Source: a virus. From it: 64,000 nucleotides of DNA. Position 1 is the first letter of the stretch. Every line of letters begins with the position of its first letter. The notes beneath the pieces were generated by a model. It was not told the origin of the DNA. It was given only the letters and a program-made list of their open reading frames with translations, and did no database searches. Of the stretch, positions 38,301 through 46,760 are shown piece after piece. Position numbers and translations under genes: made by a program. The DNA lies in IMG/VR virus record IMGVR_UViG_3300032164_000006, positions 8,057 to 72,056 of that record; one strand, 5' to 3'.

Positions 38301-41300
38301 TCGTCTCTAGGATACCTAGACGTTAGGGGTGTCACAAAAATAAGTGGAAACGCATCGTTCAACGCTAGGTCTGAACACGTCTTCTATGGTGAGACATACA
38401 TCGGTGGAAACCTATTTGTCTATAGTGCTGTAAACAACGTCACCGAGACAAAAATAAAGTTCCGTGGAAATGTTTCTGTAAACGGAGAGGTCACCCTAGC
38501 TGCTCCAACTGGAACCTCAGTTGTTGGTCAATACACTATAGAGGCGTATTCTGAATTTAGAGCTAGAGCTTTGAAGAAGGTATATTCCAACACCTACGCT
38601 TCGGTACGAGGGTACGGAAAAACAGATTACAGGATACCCAAAATCTACGCCGACGGAGTTCTGGCAGATAAGCAAGTTTACTTTCTAATGTCTGATTCTG
38701 CTGGCCAAATGTCGTTGGAAACATATAAGAACACCAACGTAGATGTGAAGCTGGCGAACGTTGGATTTACAGTTCTCAAGACGCTGACAGACGGACTAGC
38801 GTTAATGAGAAAATACAACTGGAATAACGACCAAGCCTATGTTGTGCAGTATGGTAGAGACGACTCGATGTACGACATAGTCGTAGATGCTTCTGGGAAA
38901 GGAGACTACACCTCCCTTCGTCTTGCGTTGTTGGCGGCTGGAGAAAACGACACAATATTCATTCGCAATGGTGTCTATAACGAAACAACTGATTCCCTGT
39001 ACCTGAAGTCAGGACAATCAATCATAGGTGAATCTAGAGACGGAGTTATCCTTACCACTAGCACGACAAGTTGGTTTTTCAGTGCATATAACAGAATTGG
39101 TGGACTCTACTCGACATATCCAGCAACAAGCAACCTAGGCTTCGACTCTGCTACTGGCATCGGTACTGTATCCATAACTAACGGATCAAGACTTGTAACA
39201 TACACTGGAACAACACACCCATCCGACGGAAAAATAGCCTACATCCTAGGTGACTGGTACACAATCAGCAACACCGACACAGTGAACAAGACGTTCAACG
39301 TGGATAGGGATATTTTCAAGAGAACACAGACGGGTCTACCTTGGAGATTTGCGACAACACAAGGAGGGGTAGACTACTCGGTCACACCAAACCAATTCCT
39401 GAGAATAAAGAACCTAACCTACAAAGCAACAACAGCGGCTTCATTCTTGTATGCGAATGCGTGTGCAAACATTGAAGTAGAAAACGTAGATGTTATTTCT
39501 ACAGCATGGAACAGCTCGTCAAACGCAATAATCTACGGACAAAACATGACGAACGTTAGTGCTAGAAATATCCGCTTCTACAACAAGAACACAACTGCCG
39601 GAGCCGACGAACCGAACGTGCTCTATGTCTATGCTGCGTGGGATTGCTCGTTTACGGAATGGGAAGTCTACGGTGGAAAATACATGAGAATGGATGGTTC
39701 CGCTGGAGCCGCGATGAACTACCACTGTAAGGTCCACTTCAGTAGATTCGAAAGCGACGCTCTAATGTGGCTGTCTCTAGGCTTCTGTCAGGAATGTGAT
39801 TTTTCGTTTGGCGTTATAAATTGCAATCAGTTCTGTCAGAGCGAATTCAACTTCCACAAGTGTCGGCTAGATTTCTTCGAAACAAGAATGTTTGGGGGTA
39901 GCTCATATATCCGAGGACAAGACAACATAGTCAACTTTGGGAATATGTATCTCGACGGTGCTTCTTTCTACGTTAATAAGGCTCAAGCATCTGGGTATCT
40001 TTCCAAAAACATTCTTGTATCTGGAAACGTCATTGGAACTGGAACACTCTATCTAGACGACAGCGTGTACCTAGGAGACAGCGTCTACGTCCAAACTTTG
40101 GGTGGAACAGCTCCAGCACGAACACCAACACCAAGAACAAGTGCTGTTGTTTTGGATGCTGCTGGAGGAGGCGACGCAACAACGCTCGCAGCTGCGATAA
40201 CCAAGGCTGGAAACTACGGATCAATCTTTGTTAGAAACGGAACGTACACCATGTCTAGTGGTGTCAGCTTATCTATTGGCCAAACAATCTTAGGTGAGTC
40301 CAAGAACGGAGTTATCCTAGAGTTTACTGGTGGATATATCTCAATGCCATATCCAGTTTCATACAACATAGGAACTAGCTTCACAAACGGAGATCCAAGA
40401 ACACCGAGCACAACCTACGCTTGCGGATTTCTGACGCTAACCACAAGTTCCAGAACCATTGCATACTCTGGAGACATCGCTCCAACTGTAGGCAATATTC
40501 TACGAGTACAGGGCGAATGGTTCGAGGTCATGACTGTAGATAGTGGTGCGAAAACATTCACAGTAGACAAAGACGTTCGTCACGCTCCGTTCTCCAATGT
40601 TTGGTGTAAATTCTACCAAAAACAATATGGAGTAAACATATCCCAAAATCCATCTATCAGGTCTTCTATTAAAAACCTGACAGTGAAAATGACGTCAGGA
40701 AACATGGCGATAAACGTGGGTTCTTGCTGCGACGTAGAGGACGTTGACATTATAGACGTTGCAGCTAGTGGATACGGTGGAATGTTGCAAGGTGGGCAAG
40801 GGATTTGCGACACGAACGTGCGTAGGGTAAAAATCATAAACGCAAACATCAACTCTGGTGCAACAACAACATATCTGCGAGCAATATATTTGAGTGGAGC
40901 ACAAGATTGTACCTTCGAGAACATAGAGTGTCACCACACCAACAATGACATGATAGGTGGAGCTAGTTTCAACAATCCAGTGATAAACTGTAAATTCCAC
41001 TTTCTGCGTAAAGTTGGATCAGGTCCAGCGTTCCAACCACTCGGCTACATGACAGAGTGTGACCTGACAATAGACTTCATGGAACACACCAACCTCCAAG
41101 ACGTCAGCGCCTCTTGCTGCCTATATAACTGTCGGGTTAAGTTTGGCCAATCCAGATTCACTGGAAACGTCTATATGTATTCCCTAGGCTCTACATTCGA
41201 CCTAGGTCATATGTGGAACGTCGGCTACGCTTATGTCATTAGTGGTTCACCAACAAAGACCCCACTCAACAAAGTAAACTCTGGACGGCTATATGGCTCC

Positions 41301-43949
41301 ACAGCTTTAGAAGGTCTACTCAGCGTCGATGCATCTGTTATCCTAACCGACAACATCCAAGTAAACCAACTTTCTGGAGCACCATACTCGTCCCCAACAA
41401 AAAAGATGTGGACTATTGTTGCTGCAGACGGAACTGGCGACTACACGAGCATCAGCTCTGCTTGTTCTAACATGCCAGAGGGAACTACATTTTTCATAAG
41501 AAACGGAGCCTACACCGAAGGTGTAATTTCTGCAAAAGCAGGACAGAAATTCATAGGGGAATCAAAGGCTGGAGTCCGAATAACGGCTTCTAGTGGTGTG
41601 CTGTTCCAGCCAACTGGATACTATGCTGGTGGATGGCGTTCGTCTCTCAACTCGACAACATACGAAGAATTTTCATCGACAGAAAACCTCGGTCTAGCTT
41701 CGACAACCCACAACAGTACGACAGTCTCGTACAGCGGAACAGGTTCGAACCCATCTGCGAACCAGTATGTAAGGATGTGCGGAGAGTGGTACAAGTTAAT
41801 CAGCGTAGACACGGGTCTAAAAACATTCGTAATAGACAGAGCGTTTACAAAAGGAACCTACACCCAAATTCCAGTGCTTATGATGTCATTAAATACCGGA
41901 TTCTACGAACTCCACACTTATCAAAGTGGTGGAATGGAATTCAAAAACATGACCATACTTTCTGGAACGCAAACCAACTTCCAAGGCTTCAACATCACAT
42001 CGCAGGTTGGTCTTGTTATAGAAAACATAGACGTCATCGGTGAGAACGCCTCGGCTGGTTTCACTCCATTCTACCTGTACTCTTGCGTAGGGATGAGAAT
42101 GAGAGATTGCGGACAGTACGCTATGGGAACAACAACACTCAACTCAAAGTCTCAGATAACATCTGGATGGGAAAACGTAATAGAAAATCACGTTATCTTT
42201 GGTGGATACCAAACAGAGATCTACGGCTCTGCACAGTCTCCAGCATATAGGTGCAAGTATCACTTCAGAAACATCACTTGCACCGATGCAATGTTCCAAT
42301 TCTTTAGGGCAATGTATGAGTGCGAGATTGAAGTTGAGCGTGGACAAGCCGAAAGAGTTACATCTCAGACAGGAGACGCTCCATCTAGGTGTGTATTCCG
42401 CTTTGGAAAGATACGCACAACCCAAGGAAGCATAATCAAGAGTATAGGCTGTCAGTTCCATATTGGAGATTGGATTGATAGTGCTGGATCTACGTTATCG
42501 CTCGGAAAAGGTTCTAACGGAGTCAGCTTTACTCCATACAACAAGTTGATGTCTGGAAACTTTGGCGGAGCGTTGTCAGTTGACGGAAGTGTTGTAATAA
42601 CAGATGGATTCCAATACACCGGAACTCTAACCGGAACTCCAGCCTACAAACCTATTCTTAGTGCTGCTCCAAAACAATATGACTATGTTGTAGATCCTGC
42701 TGGAGGGGGAAGCCACACAACAATCCAAGCTGCTGTCGCCGCTGCTATAGACGGGAAAACCATATACGTTAGGAACGGGAACTACGACATGCTAGGTGTT
42801 TCCGCATCGGCAGCTAATGGCTTGTCTATTATCGGTGAAACAATGGACGGTGTGAGAATCTCATCTAGTTCGGATATGTTCGGTGTTTCTGGGGGAGGCC
42901 TCATGATGCGAGCTAGAACACAGCTGATAGCAAACCAGACAACCTTTGATACCACAACCAATATTGGAACTGTGACTGTAACGAACGGGAGTACAGCCGT
43001 TGTTTACACTGGAGATCTTACTGGAATTAGCGGCTCAATCACAATAGGGGATGCTATTGCTCTAGGCTCGTCTGAGTTGTATTCTGTTGCTGGAATAAAC
43101 ACAGGAACAAAAACAATCACACTCAATACGGCATACATTGGAGCCTCTGGTGCTGGACTACCATGTTTCATAACATTCGGTACTCCTACAAACTTAACGA
43201 GATCATGTTTCACTCTGAAAAATGTAACTCTCATTTTGACTGCAGGAAACCAATGTATCCAAGCAAATAATGCCTACAAATTGCATCTCGAAAACATCAC
43301 ATGTTTCCATGCAAACACAGGCGGATCTGGTCTTGTTACGATGCAAAGTGGATTCAGAAACAAATTAATCAACGTCAGGACAATTTCAACATCTGCTGCT
43401 GGATATGCTGCTTTCAATTGCACCGGAGCGTGGGGACTAGAATTTGTGAACGTTGAATGTGAAAGATCAAAATACAACTATTGGGGTGGTGGAACAACAA
43501 TTCCTAGTCTGTATTGTGACCTCCACTTCAAGAGGATTACAGAATCACCTGCTCTATTTTTCCTAGGATGGGGTGGTCAAGCATTCTGTTCACTTGTGAT
43601 AGACCATATTGAGGGGTGTCGTGGTGGGTTCATGCAAGATGGCGGTGGAACAGCTGAAGACCTATGGCATTTTTATGTGGAAATAAAACGTATGTCGAAT
43701 TGTGCTGGACAGATATCTCTGTTCGGTAGGAATGTAACATTCGTTGGTGGGCATCTACATCATGCTGGTTATTTCAGGCTTAAATCTAGGCAGGGTTCGA
43801 CAAACAACGTGATGATGAGTGGGATGTTTACATCAATCCCAGCCAGCAATTTGGAGGTGGATAGCTCCACAATTATTTGTTCGGCTGTTAACTATCCGAC
43901 AGGTGCTCTGTCTGGTAGTCCAAAACGCAACGATGGTTTCGCGTTCTAA
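35301..43949 (+). CDS. Giant tail fibre/tailspike (2882 aa) with four tandem pectin-lyase-like beta-helix modules
   Basis: RBS AAGGAG. Four copies of the VVDxxGxGDYTxIxxA...IF(I/V)RNGxY...IIGESxxGV motif known from pectinesterase-like beta-helices. Confidence 0.85.
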   Translation: MTHSNQILDRKNRAHVRSTVGENLENILDLVDDRLSYPMEVSIGGYTITIGSGLLQSAESNSLDGKSDSYRVGVPPLAGLETKPVVSSLVLNTGAYDGDFEVPTNPTLTPNQYIRMGIELRPDGKYYAVFGTPSALLTGCGYPPFAIGASIQIMVIDLQDSGSGGNWSYKVPAKKDVIVFNNPSAGGGGTPNAKLMGGGVWAASNNLGDTQLEWNGVAYVSLPGLQKERNTIQPDIISLAEDEAAYVILNKLAGPNEDLVVQKDLFVNIFPYNPNLFLIARGFAGGVLVGNSCFSLIHGESKELDTGMSIQNRQLLGSDVDETTSVPEYSLRGAPERTLDDTQPVLEALSSVDAEIDKFFGQLRIIPHESDTNKIRITGVDFTMKDGSILSQEIASLLLKFDGAVVNLTTGGVFASNGTTPIGINFTPATIPLSSYNWYSIGLVANTITANGAMTAQLIVLSGGPNTSSSATTIPSFAGSKKVGLVQVQNSGGSIVRTAIRQLGAGTGSGGGISNAKLINGGKFYWTGEIESVSSNSVSPNSVNINNMFSDWNAWQTFVAVGSGLTKFSSTAFSRSNSGVTGVLRGYLYAVNQSTGLPIATLLATSINTVPIETLETQSSVKQYTPVTFNFSGETLVPGTRYCVLVKVVSISGGWIAPYINNTNPLPNEKAGIQFSGLSETVGMDINMSVGQLGVGTLSWDSAAYVSMPGLDFARNTIPVGSSSLGLDEALYVKVSTLDGVAANLTVERGNITDISPYDSSIFIFAVKTAEGVVVGDTLLAAGQSRKLDDNRVFTFNSSSPATLTTLTSTKYVGGYYFPLGGRIKSGVVIYGNVVSDGNLTIETNVTIFGSVTTNGNNLEFDSTYASANETIKIYGDLLSGWTYFTSATNSRQHTLTVYGSVTAGSFYLDTLNSTSDMLSIEVKRSFITSEFSAYTKTNNSVTVAAITVRGDLICSQGLTIKHLETSTAQGYRTTIGGNLIVQGSLVYGFYDSATGNSSSSSLGYLDVRGVTKISGNASFNARSEHVFYGETYIGGNLFVYSAVNNVTETKIKFRGNVSVNGEVTLAAPTGTSVVGQYTIEAYSEFRARALKKVYSNTYASVRGYGKTDYRIPKIYADGVLADKQVYFLMSDSAGQMSLETYKNTNVDVKLANVGFTVLKTLTDGLALMRKYNWNNDQAYVVQYGRDDSMYDIVVDASGKGDYTSLRLALLAAGENDTIFIRNGVYNETTDSLYLKSGQSIIGESRDGVILTTSTTSWFFSAYNRIGGLYSTYPATSNLGFDSATGIGTVSITNGSRLVTYTGTTHPSDGKIAYILGDWYTISNTDTVNKTFNVDRDIFKRTQTGLPWRFATTQGGVDYSVTPNQFLRIKNLTYKATTAASFLYANACANIEVENVDVISTAWNSSSNAIIYGQNMTNVSARNIRFYNKNTTAGADEPNVLYVYAAWDCSFTEWEVYGGKYMRMDGSAGAAMNYHCKVHFSRFESDALMWLSLGFCQECDFSFGVINCNQFCQSEFNFHKCRLDFFETRMFGGSSYIRGQDNIVNFGNMYLDGASFYVNKAQASGYLSKNILVSGNVIGTGTLYLDDSVYLGDSVYVQTLGGTAPARTPTPRTSAVVLDAAGGGDATTLAAAITKAGNYGSIFVRNGTYTMSSGVSLSIGQTILGESKNGVILEFTGGYISMPYPVSYNIGTSFTNGDPRTPSTTYACGFLTLTTSSRTIAYSGDIAPTVGNILRVQGEWFEVMTVDSGAKTFTVDKDVRHAPFSNVWCKFYQKQYGVNISQNPSIRSSIKNLTVKMTSGNMAINVGSCCDVEDVDIIDVAASGYGGMLQGGQGICDTNVRRVKIINANINSGATTTYLRAIYLSGAQDCTFENIECHHTNNDMIGGASFNNPVINCKFHFLRKVGSGPAFQPLGYMTECDLTIDFMEHTNLQDVSASCCLYNCRVKFGQSRFTGNVYMYSLGSTFDLGHMWNVGYAYVISGSPTKTPLNKVNSGRLYGSTALEGLLSVDASVILTDNIQVNQLSGAPYSSPTKKMWTIVAADGTGDYTSISSACSNMPEGTTFFIRNGAYTEGVISAKAGQKFIGESKAGVRITASSGVLFQPTGYYAGGWRSSLNSTTYEEFSSTENLGLASTTHNSTTVSYSGTGSNPSANQYVRMCGEWYKLISVDTGLKTFVIDRAFTKGTYTQIPVLMMSLNTGFYELHTYQSGGMEFKNMTILSGTQTNFQGFNITSQVGLVIENIDVIGENASAGFTPFYLYSCVGMRMRDCGQYAMGTTTLNSKSQITSGWENVIENHVIFGGYQTEIYGSAQSPAYRCKYHFRNITCTDAMFQFFRAMYECEIEVERGQAERVTSQTGDAPSRCVFRFGKIRTTQGSIIKSIGCQFHIGDWIDSAGSTLSLGKGSNGVSFTPYNKLMSGNFGGALSVDGSVVITDGFQYTGTLTGTPAYKPILSAAPKQYDYVVDPAGGGSHTTIQAAVAAAIDGKTIYVRNGNYDMLGVSASAANGLSIIGETMDGVRISSSSDMFGVSGGGLMMRARTQLIANQTTFDTTTNIGTVTVTNGSTAVVYTGDLTGISGSITIGDAIALGSSELYSVAGINTGTKTITLNTAYIGASGAGLPCFITFGTPTNLTRSCFTLKNVTLILTAGNQCIQANNAYKLHLENITCFHANTGGSGLVTMQSGFRNKLINVRTISTSAAGYAAFNCTGAWGLEFVNVECERSKYNYWGGGTTIPSLYCDLHFKRITESPALFFLGWGGQAFCSLVIDHIEGCRGGFMQDGGGTAEDLWHFYVEIKRMSNCAGQISLFGRNVTFVGGHLHHAGYFRLKSRQGSTNNVMMSGMFTSIPASNLEVDSSTIICSAVNYPTGALSGSPKRNDGFAF

Positions 43950-44363
43950 CTGTCTTCAGTTTGTTCTTCACTCTACTTTCGGAGAAACTGAGGTTTGCCG
44001 ACAGTTAGAGGAAAGACCCTAACTGTCTTCAGTTTGTTCTTCACTCTACTTTCGGAGAAACTGAGGTTTGCGGACAGTGGTTGGAAAGACCCTAACTGAC
44101 TAGAACTACAGAATGAAGGACCTTTTGCGGACAGTTAAGAAAAAGACCCTAACTGTCTTCAGTTTGTTCTTCACTCCACTTTAGAGGAAACTGAGGTTTG
44201 CCGACAGTTGAGTGAAAGACCTTAACTGACTAGAACTACAGAATGAAGGACCTTTTGCGGACAGTTAGAGGAAAGACCCTAAGTGTCTTCAGTTTGTTCT
44301 TCACTCTACTTTGAGTGAAATTGGCGTTTGCCGACAGTTGAGAAAAAGACCCTAACTGTCTTC
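43946..44363. repeat. Non-coding array: six copies of a 35-nt palindromic repeat alternating with 38-nt (A) and 22-nt (B) inserts, order A-A-B-A-B-A
   Basis: Repeat consensus GTTTGCCGACAGTTAGAGGAAAGACCCTAACTGTC starts at 43993, 44066, 44123, 44196, 44253 and 44326. Periods are 73 and 57 bp. Confidence 0.95.
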
Positions 44364-44512
44364 TAAAAATGCTTTACCATTCTAACTTGGTAATGGCTTC
44401 CAAACTCACCAAAAAGCACATCCTATTCAACATCTACATTCTTCCTCTAGATTTTTTAAAACAATTTGGTTAAGATATACTCACACCCAATCAGAACTTT
44501 GCGAGGACGCAG

Positions 44513-45427
44513 ATGTTGGATCTTATCAAGGCTAGAATTAGCAGACTTGAAGAGGTATGTCCGACTATAGAAGTTGGAAACGCCTCGTATCCAACAAAGG
44601 GTGGTGACGACGACTGCCTATGGCTTGGTCTACTTGCATCGGTTGGCTATCAACCAGCAATGGACGGTGTGTTTGAATGCCAGAAGAGAGTTGGGGAGCA
44701 AGAAGGTTTATTCCTTGGAAATCCAAAGCTGGCAGCAAACGAAAAACAAGATCAATCAATCTTCTCTAGCGACATGGCTCTAGGCGTGTTGTGTTGGCTT
44801 GTGTCGTCGGAATACTCTGGTCGGAGTGTTCTTGCGGCTGAATTGTGGCTGAAATGGATAAATAAGAACAGACGGTGTTTGATACCAAATCCAAAAATTT
44901 TTGGAGGCGGCTGTCTGCTCCACGGTGGGTACAGATACGCACCAAGCAAAGACAAACGCTCTAACATCACACCTACAATGTGGTCTTTGATGGGTAGAGT
45001 TTGGGATCACAGAGGGTTAGAGCCACACAAGATGATGGAATTTGCCGAAGGGACTTTCGCTATAGTAGAGGATGAAGTTTCTGTTCTAGAAGCAGAATTT
45101 TGTGCCCTAGGCTATCAGCTACACCTAAAGGCTGTTCAAGCATATATTAAGCTCCAGATTCAACAGTCGACAGAGTGCAGAAAGAAAGTGACAAAAATGT
45201 GTCACGCACGTTTACCAGCAAACCTATTCTACAAAGTCCTTTACCAAGAAGGTGCATCGAAAGAAGACATGGAAGTTTTCTTGACAATGTTGCCGAACCC
45301 AATGACCTTTCGCCCACAGAACTATTGGTTGTGGGAGAGAGAAGATTATACGGAAGCGGTAAGACAAGGAAATATGTGTGGATGGGACATGGTGTTCCTA
45401 GGGAAGTTAATTCTCCAATTCACATAA
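44513..45427 (+). CDS. Hypothetical helical protein (possible alpha/alpha-toroid enzyme), moron-like
   Basis: RBS GAGGA. Motifs DDCLWLGLLASVG, FSSDMALGVL and GYQLHL; preceded by its own AT-rich upstream region. Confidence 0.7.
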   Translation: MLDLIKARISRLEEVCPTIEVGNASYPTKGGDDDCLWLGLLASVGYQPAMDGVFECQKRVGEQEGLFLGNPKLAANEKQDQSIFSSDMALGVLCWLVSSEYSGRSVLAAELWLKWINKNRRCLIPNPKIFGGGCLLHGGYRYAPSKDKRSNITPTMWSLMGRVWDHRGLEPHKMMEFAEGTFAIVEDEVSVLEAEFCALGYQLHLKAVQAYIKLQIQQSTECRKKVTKMCHARLPANLFYKVLYQEGASKEDMEVFLTMLPNPMTFRPQNYWLWEREDYTEAVRQGNMCGWDMVFLGKLILQFT

Positions 45428-45475
45428 TAGCCAAAATTTTAAAAAGATAAATATTGAATTCCCATCCCATGTAGA

Positions 45476-45484
45476 TGGTAAAAT
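45476..45484 (+). promoter_or_regulatory. Putative extended -10 promoter (TG-G-TAAAAT)
   Basis: TGnTAAAAT in an AT-rich intergenic region about 40 bp upstream of the ATG. TTGAAT lies 19 bp upstream of the hexamer. Confidence 0.4.
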
Positions 45485-45521
45485 TACTCATGACATTACT
45501 TTCACCAAGAAGGAGAAGAGT

Positions 45522-46400
45522 ATGTTCAAGTGGATAACAACCCTAGTGCTGGTTCTGGTCGGGTGTGGTTCGTCAATTGGATTGGCGAAAACCACGTTCA
45601 TGGAAGAAAACGACCTCTACAGAGAGGACACAATGTTCTTGTCGAACATGCAAGAAAACGAGTTCTACGACATCTTAAATGAAGTCCAAGGACAGTTTGG
45701 GTGGATCTCACAGCAAACTGGAATGAGACTTGAAATTATAGGTGAATGGGATAACTCGGAAGTGAACGCCTACGCAAACATCGAAGGAAATGTTCGTAAG
45801 GTGGTTATCTATGGTGGTCTTGCTAGACGACCAGAAGTAACTCTCGACGGGCTGTCGCTTGTTGTGTGCCATGAACTCGGGCACCATATCGCAGGATTTC
45901 CATTCTACGCTGGACAAGGTCAGTGGGCTTCTAACGAGGGTAACAGTGACTATTTTTCAACTCTAGGGTGTGGTCGGATTCTTTGGAACGGAAAAGCAGC
46001 TGAAAATGCTGAATTTGCAGCCATTGTTCCACAATATCCGAAAAGTCTTTGCGACAAGGTATGGTCAGGCGAGGGTGACAGAAATCTTTGCTACAGAGCA
46101 ATGGTTGCTGGAAAATCTTTGGGGGACCTACTTGCAAGACTTGGCGGTAGAACTGTGAATTACGAGACACCAGACAGACGCATCGTAGCGAAAACGTCTG
46201 ACTCACATCCACAGGCTCAGTGTCGCCTTGACACCTACATGCAAGGAGCACTTTGCACAGGGACATGGAGGCATGGAGCAATCCCTAGAACAGAGCAGCA
46301 AGCCTTCGCTAGTTCGTGTCCATCAAACAAATGGTTCGGCTATCGACCAAAGTGCTGGTTCAAACCATCTTTTGGAGTCAAGAAACCAAAGGCTGACTAA
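45522..46400 (+). CDS. Exported zinc metallopeptidase (M48-like HExxH), probable lipoprotein
   Basis: Signal peptide with lipobox LVGC. VNAYA, CHELGHH, NEGNSDYF and SHP...R motifs; multiple Cys. Confidence 0.8.
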   Translation: MFKWITTLVLVLVGCGSSIGLAKTTFMEENDLYREDTMFLSNMQENEFYDILNEVQGQFGWISQQTGMRLEIIGEWDNSEVNAYANIEGNVRKVVIYGGLARRPEVTLDGLSLVVCHELGHHIAGFPFYAGQGQWASNEGNSDYFSTLGCGRILWNGKAAENAEFAAIVPQYPKSLCDKVWSGEGDRNLCYRAMVAGKSLGDLLARLGGRTVNYETPDRRIVAKTSDSHPQAQCRLDTYMQGALCTGTWRHGAIPRTEQQAFASSCPSNKWFGYRPKCWFKPSFGVKKPKAD

Positions 46401-46417
46401 CTTCTGGGGAAACAAAC

Positions 46418-46759
46418 ATGGATAGCCTACTGAATGGTCAGTCTCTGGTAACAGTCACAATTGTGATTGTGATTGTTACTCTATTAAAAATTATAGAATT
46501 TTTAATAGAAAAAATATCGAGTGAGAAATCAAAATTAACAAGGGTTGAGCAAGAACAATTAAAGGAAATACACTCGCTCGTTTCTGCAAGAGACAACGAC
46601 GGTATGCCTTTGTTCTACATCCCTAGGTCGTGGGCTGATCTGCAGCGAATCATGTTAGACAAGATGGAGAAGATAACCCATAGTCAAGAACGCACAACGT
46701 ATGTGATGGAGACAATTATTAAGTCTCTAGAGAACTTATCTAAAACAGGGGGAAGATGA
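46418..46759 (+). CDS. Holin-like single-transmembrane protein
   Basis: N-terminal hydrophobic stretch LVTVTIVIVIVTLL followed by a coiled coil. Located at the end of the late region. Confidence 0.45.
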   Translation: MDSLLNGQSLVTVTIVIVIVTLLKIIEFLIEKISSEKSKLTRVEQEQLKEIHSLVSARDNDGMPLFYIPRSWADLQRIMLDKMEKITHSQERTTYVMETIIKSLENLSKTGGR

Positions 46760-46760
46760 T

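Noticed and set aside
43946-44363. Calling the array a canonical CRISPR array
   Set aside because: The inserts are re-used (four A, two B) rather than unique, come in two very different lengths, the repeats vary internally, and no cas gene is in the window.
43946-44363. Tandem hammerhead ribozymes on the minus strand (CTGAAGA followed by a stem)
   Set aside because: The stem is followed by TCGGCAAAC rather than the required GAAA, and no stem I/III with a cleavage triplet could be built.
35301-44363. Diversity-generating retroelement acting on the fibre
   Set aside because: No reverse transcriptase is present, and I found no template/variable repeat pair differing at adenines. The fibre modules are anciently diverged.
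43946-45427. TIGR-Tas-like system
   Set aside because: There is no 36-nt periodicity with paired short variable spacers, and the adjacent protein shows no Nop-domain features that I can recognise.
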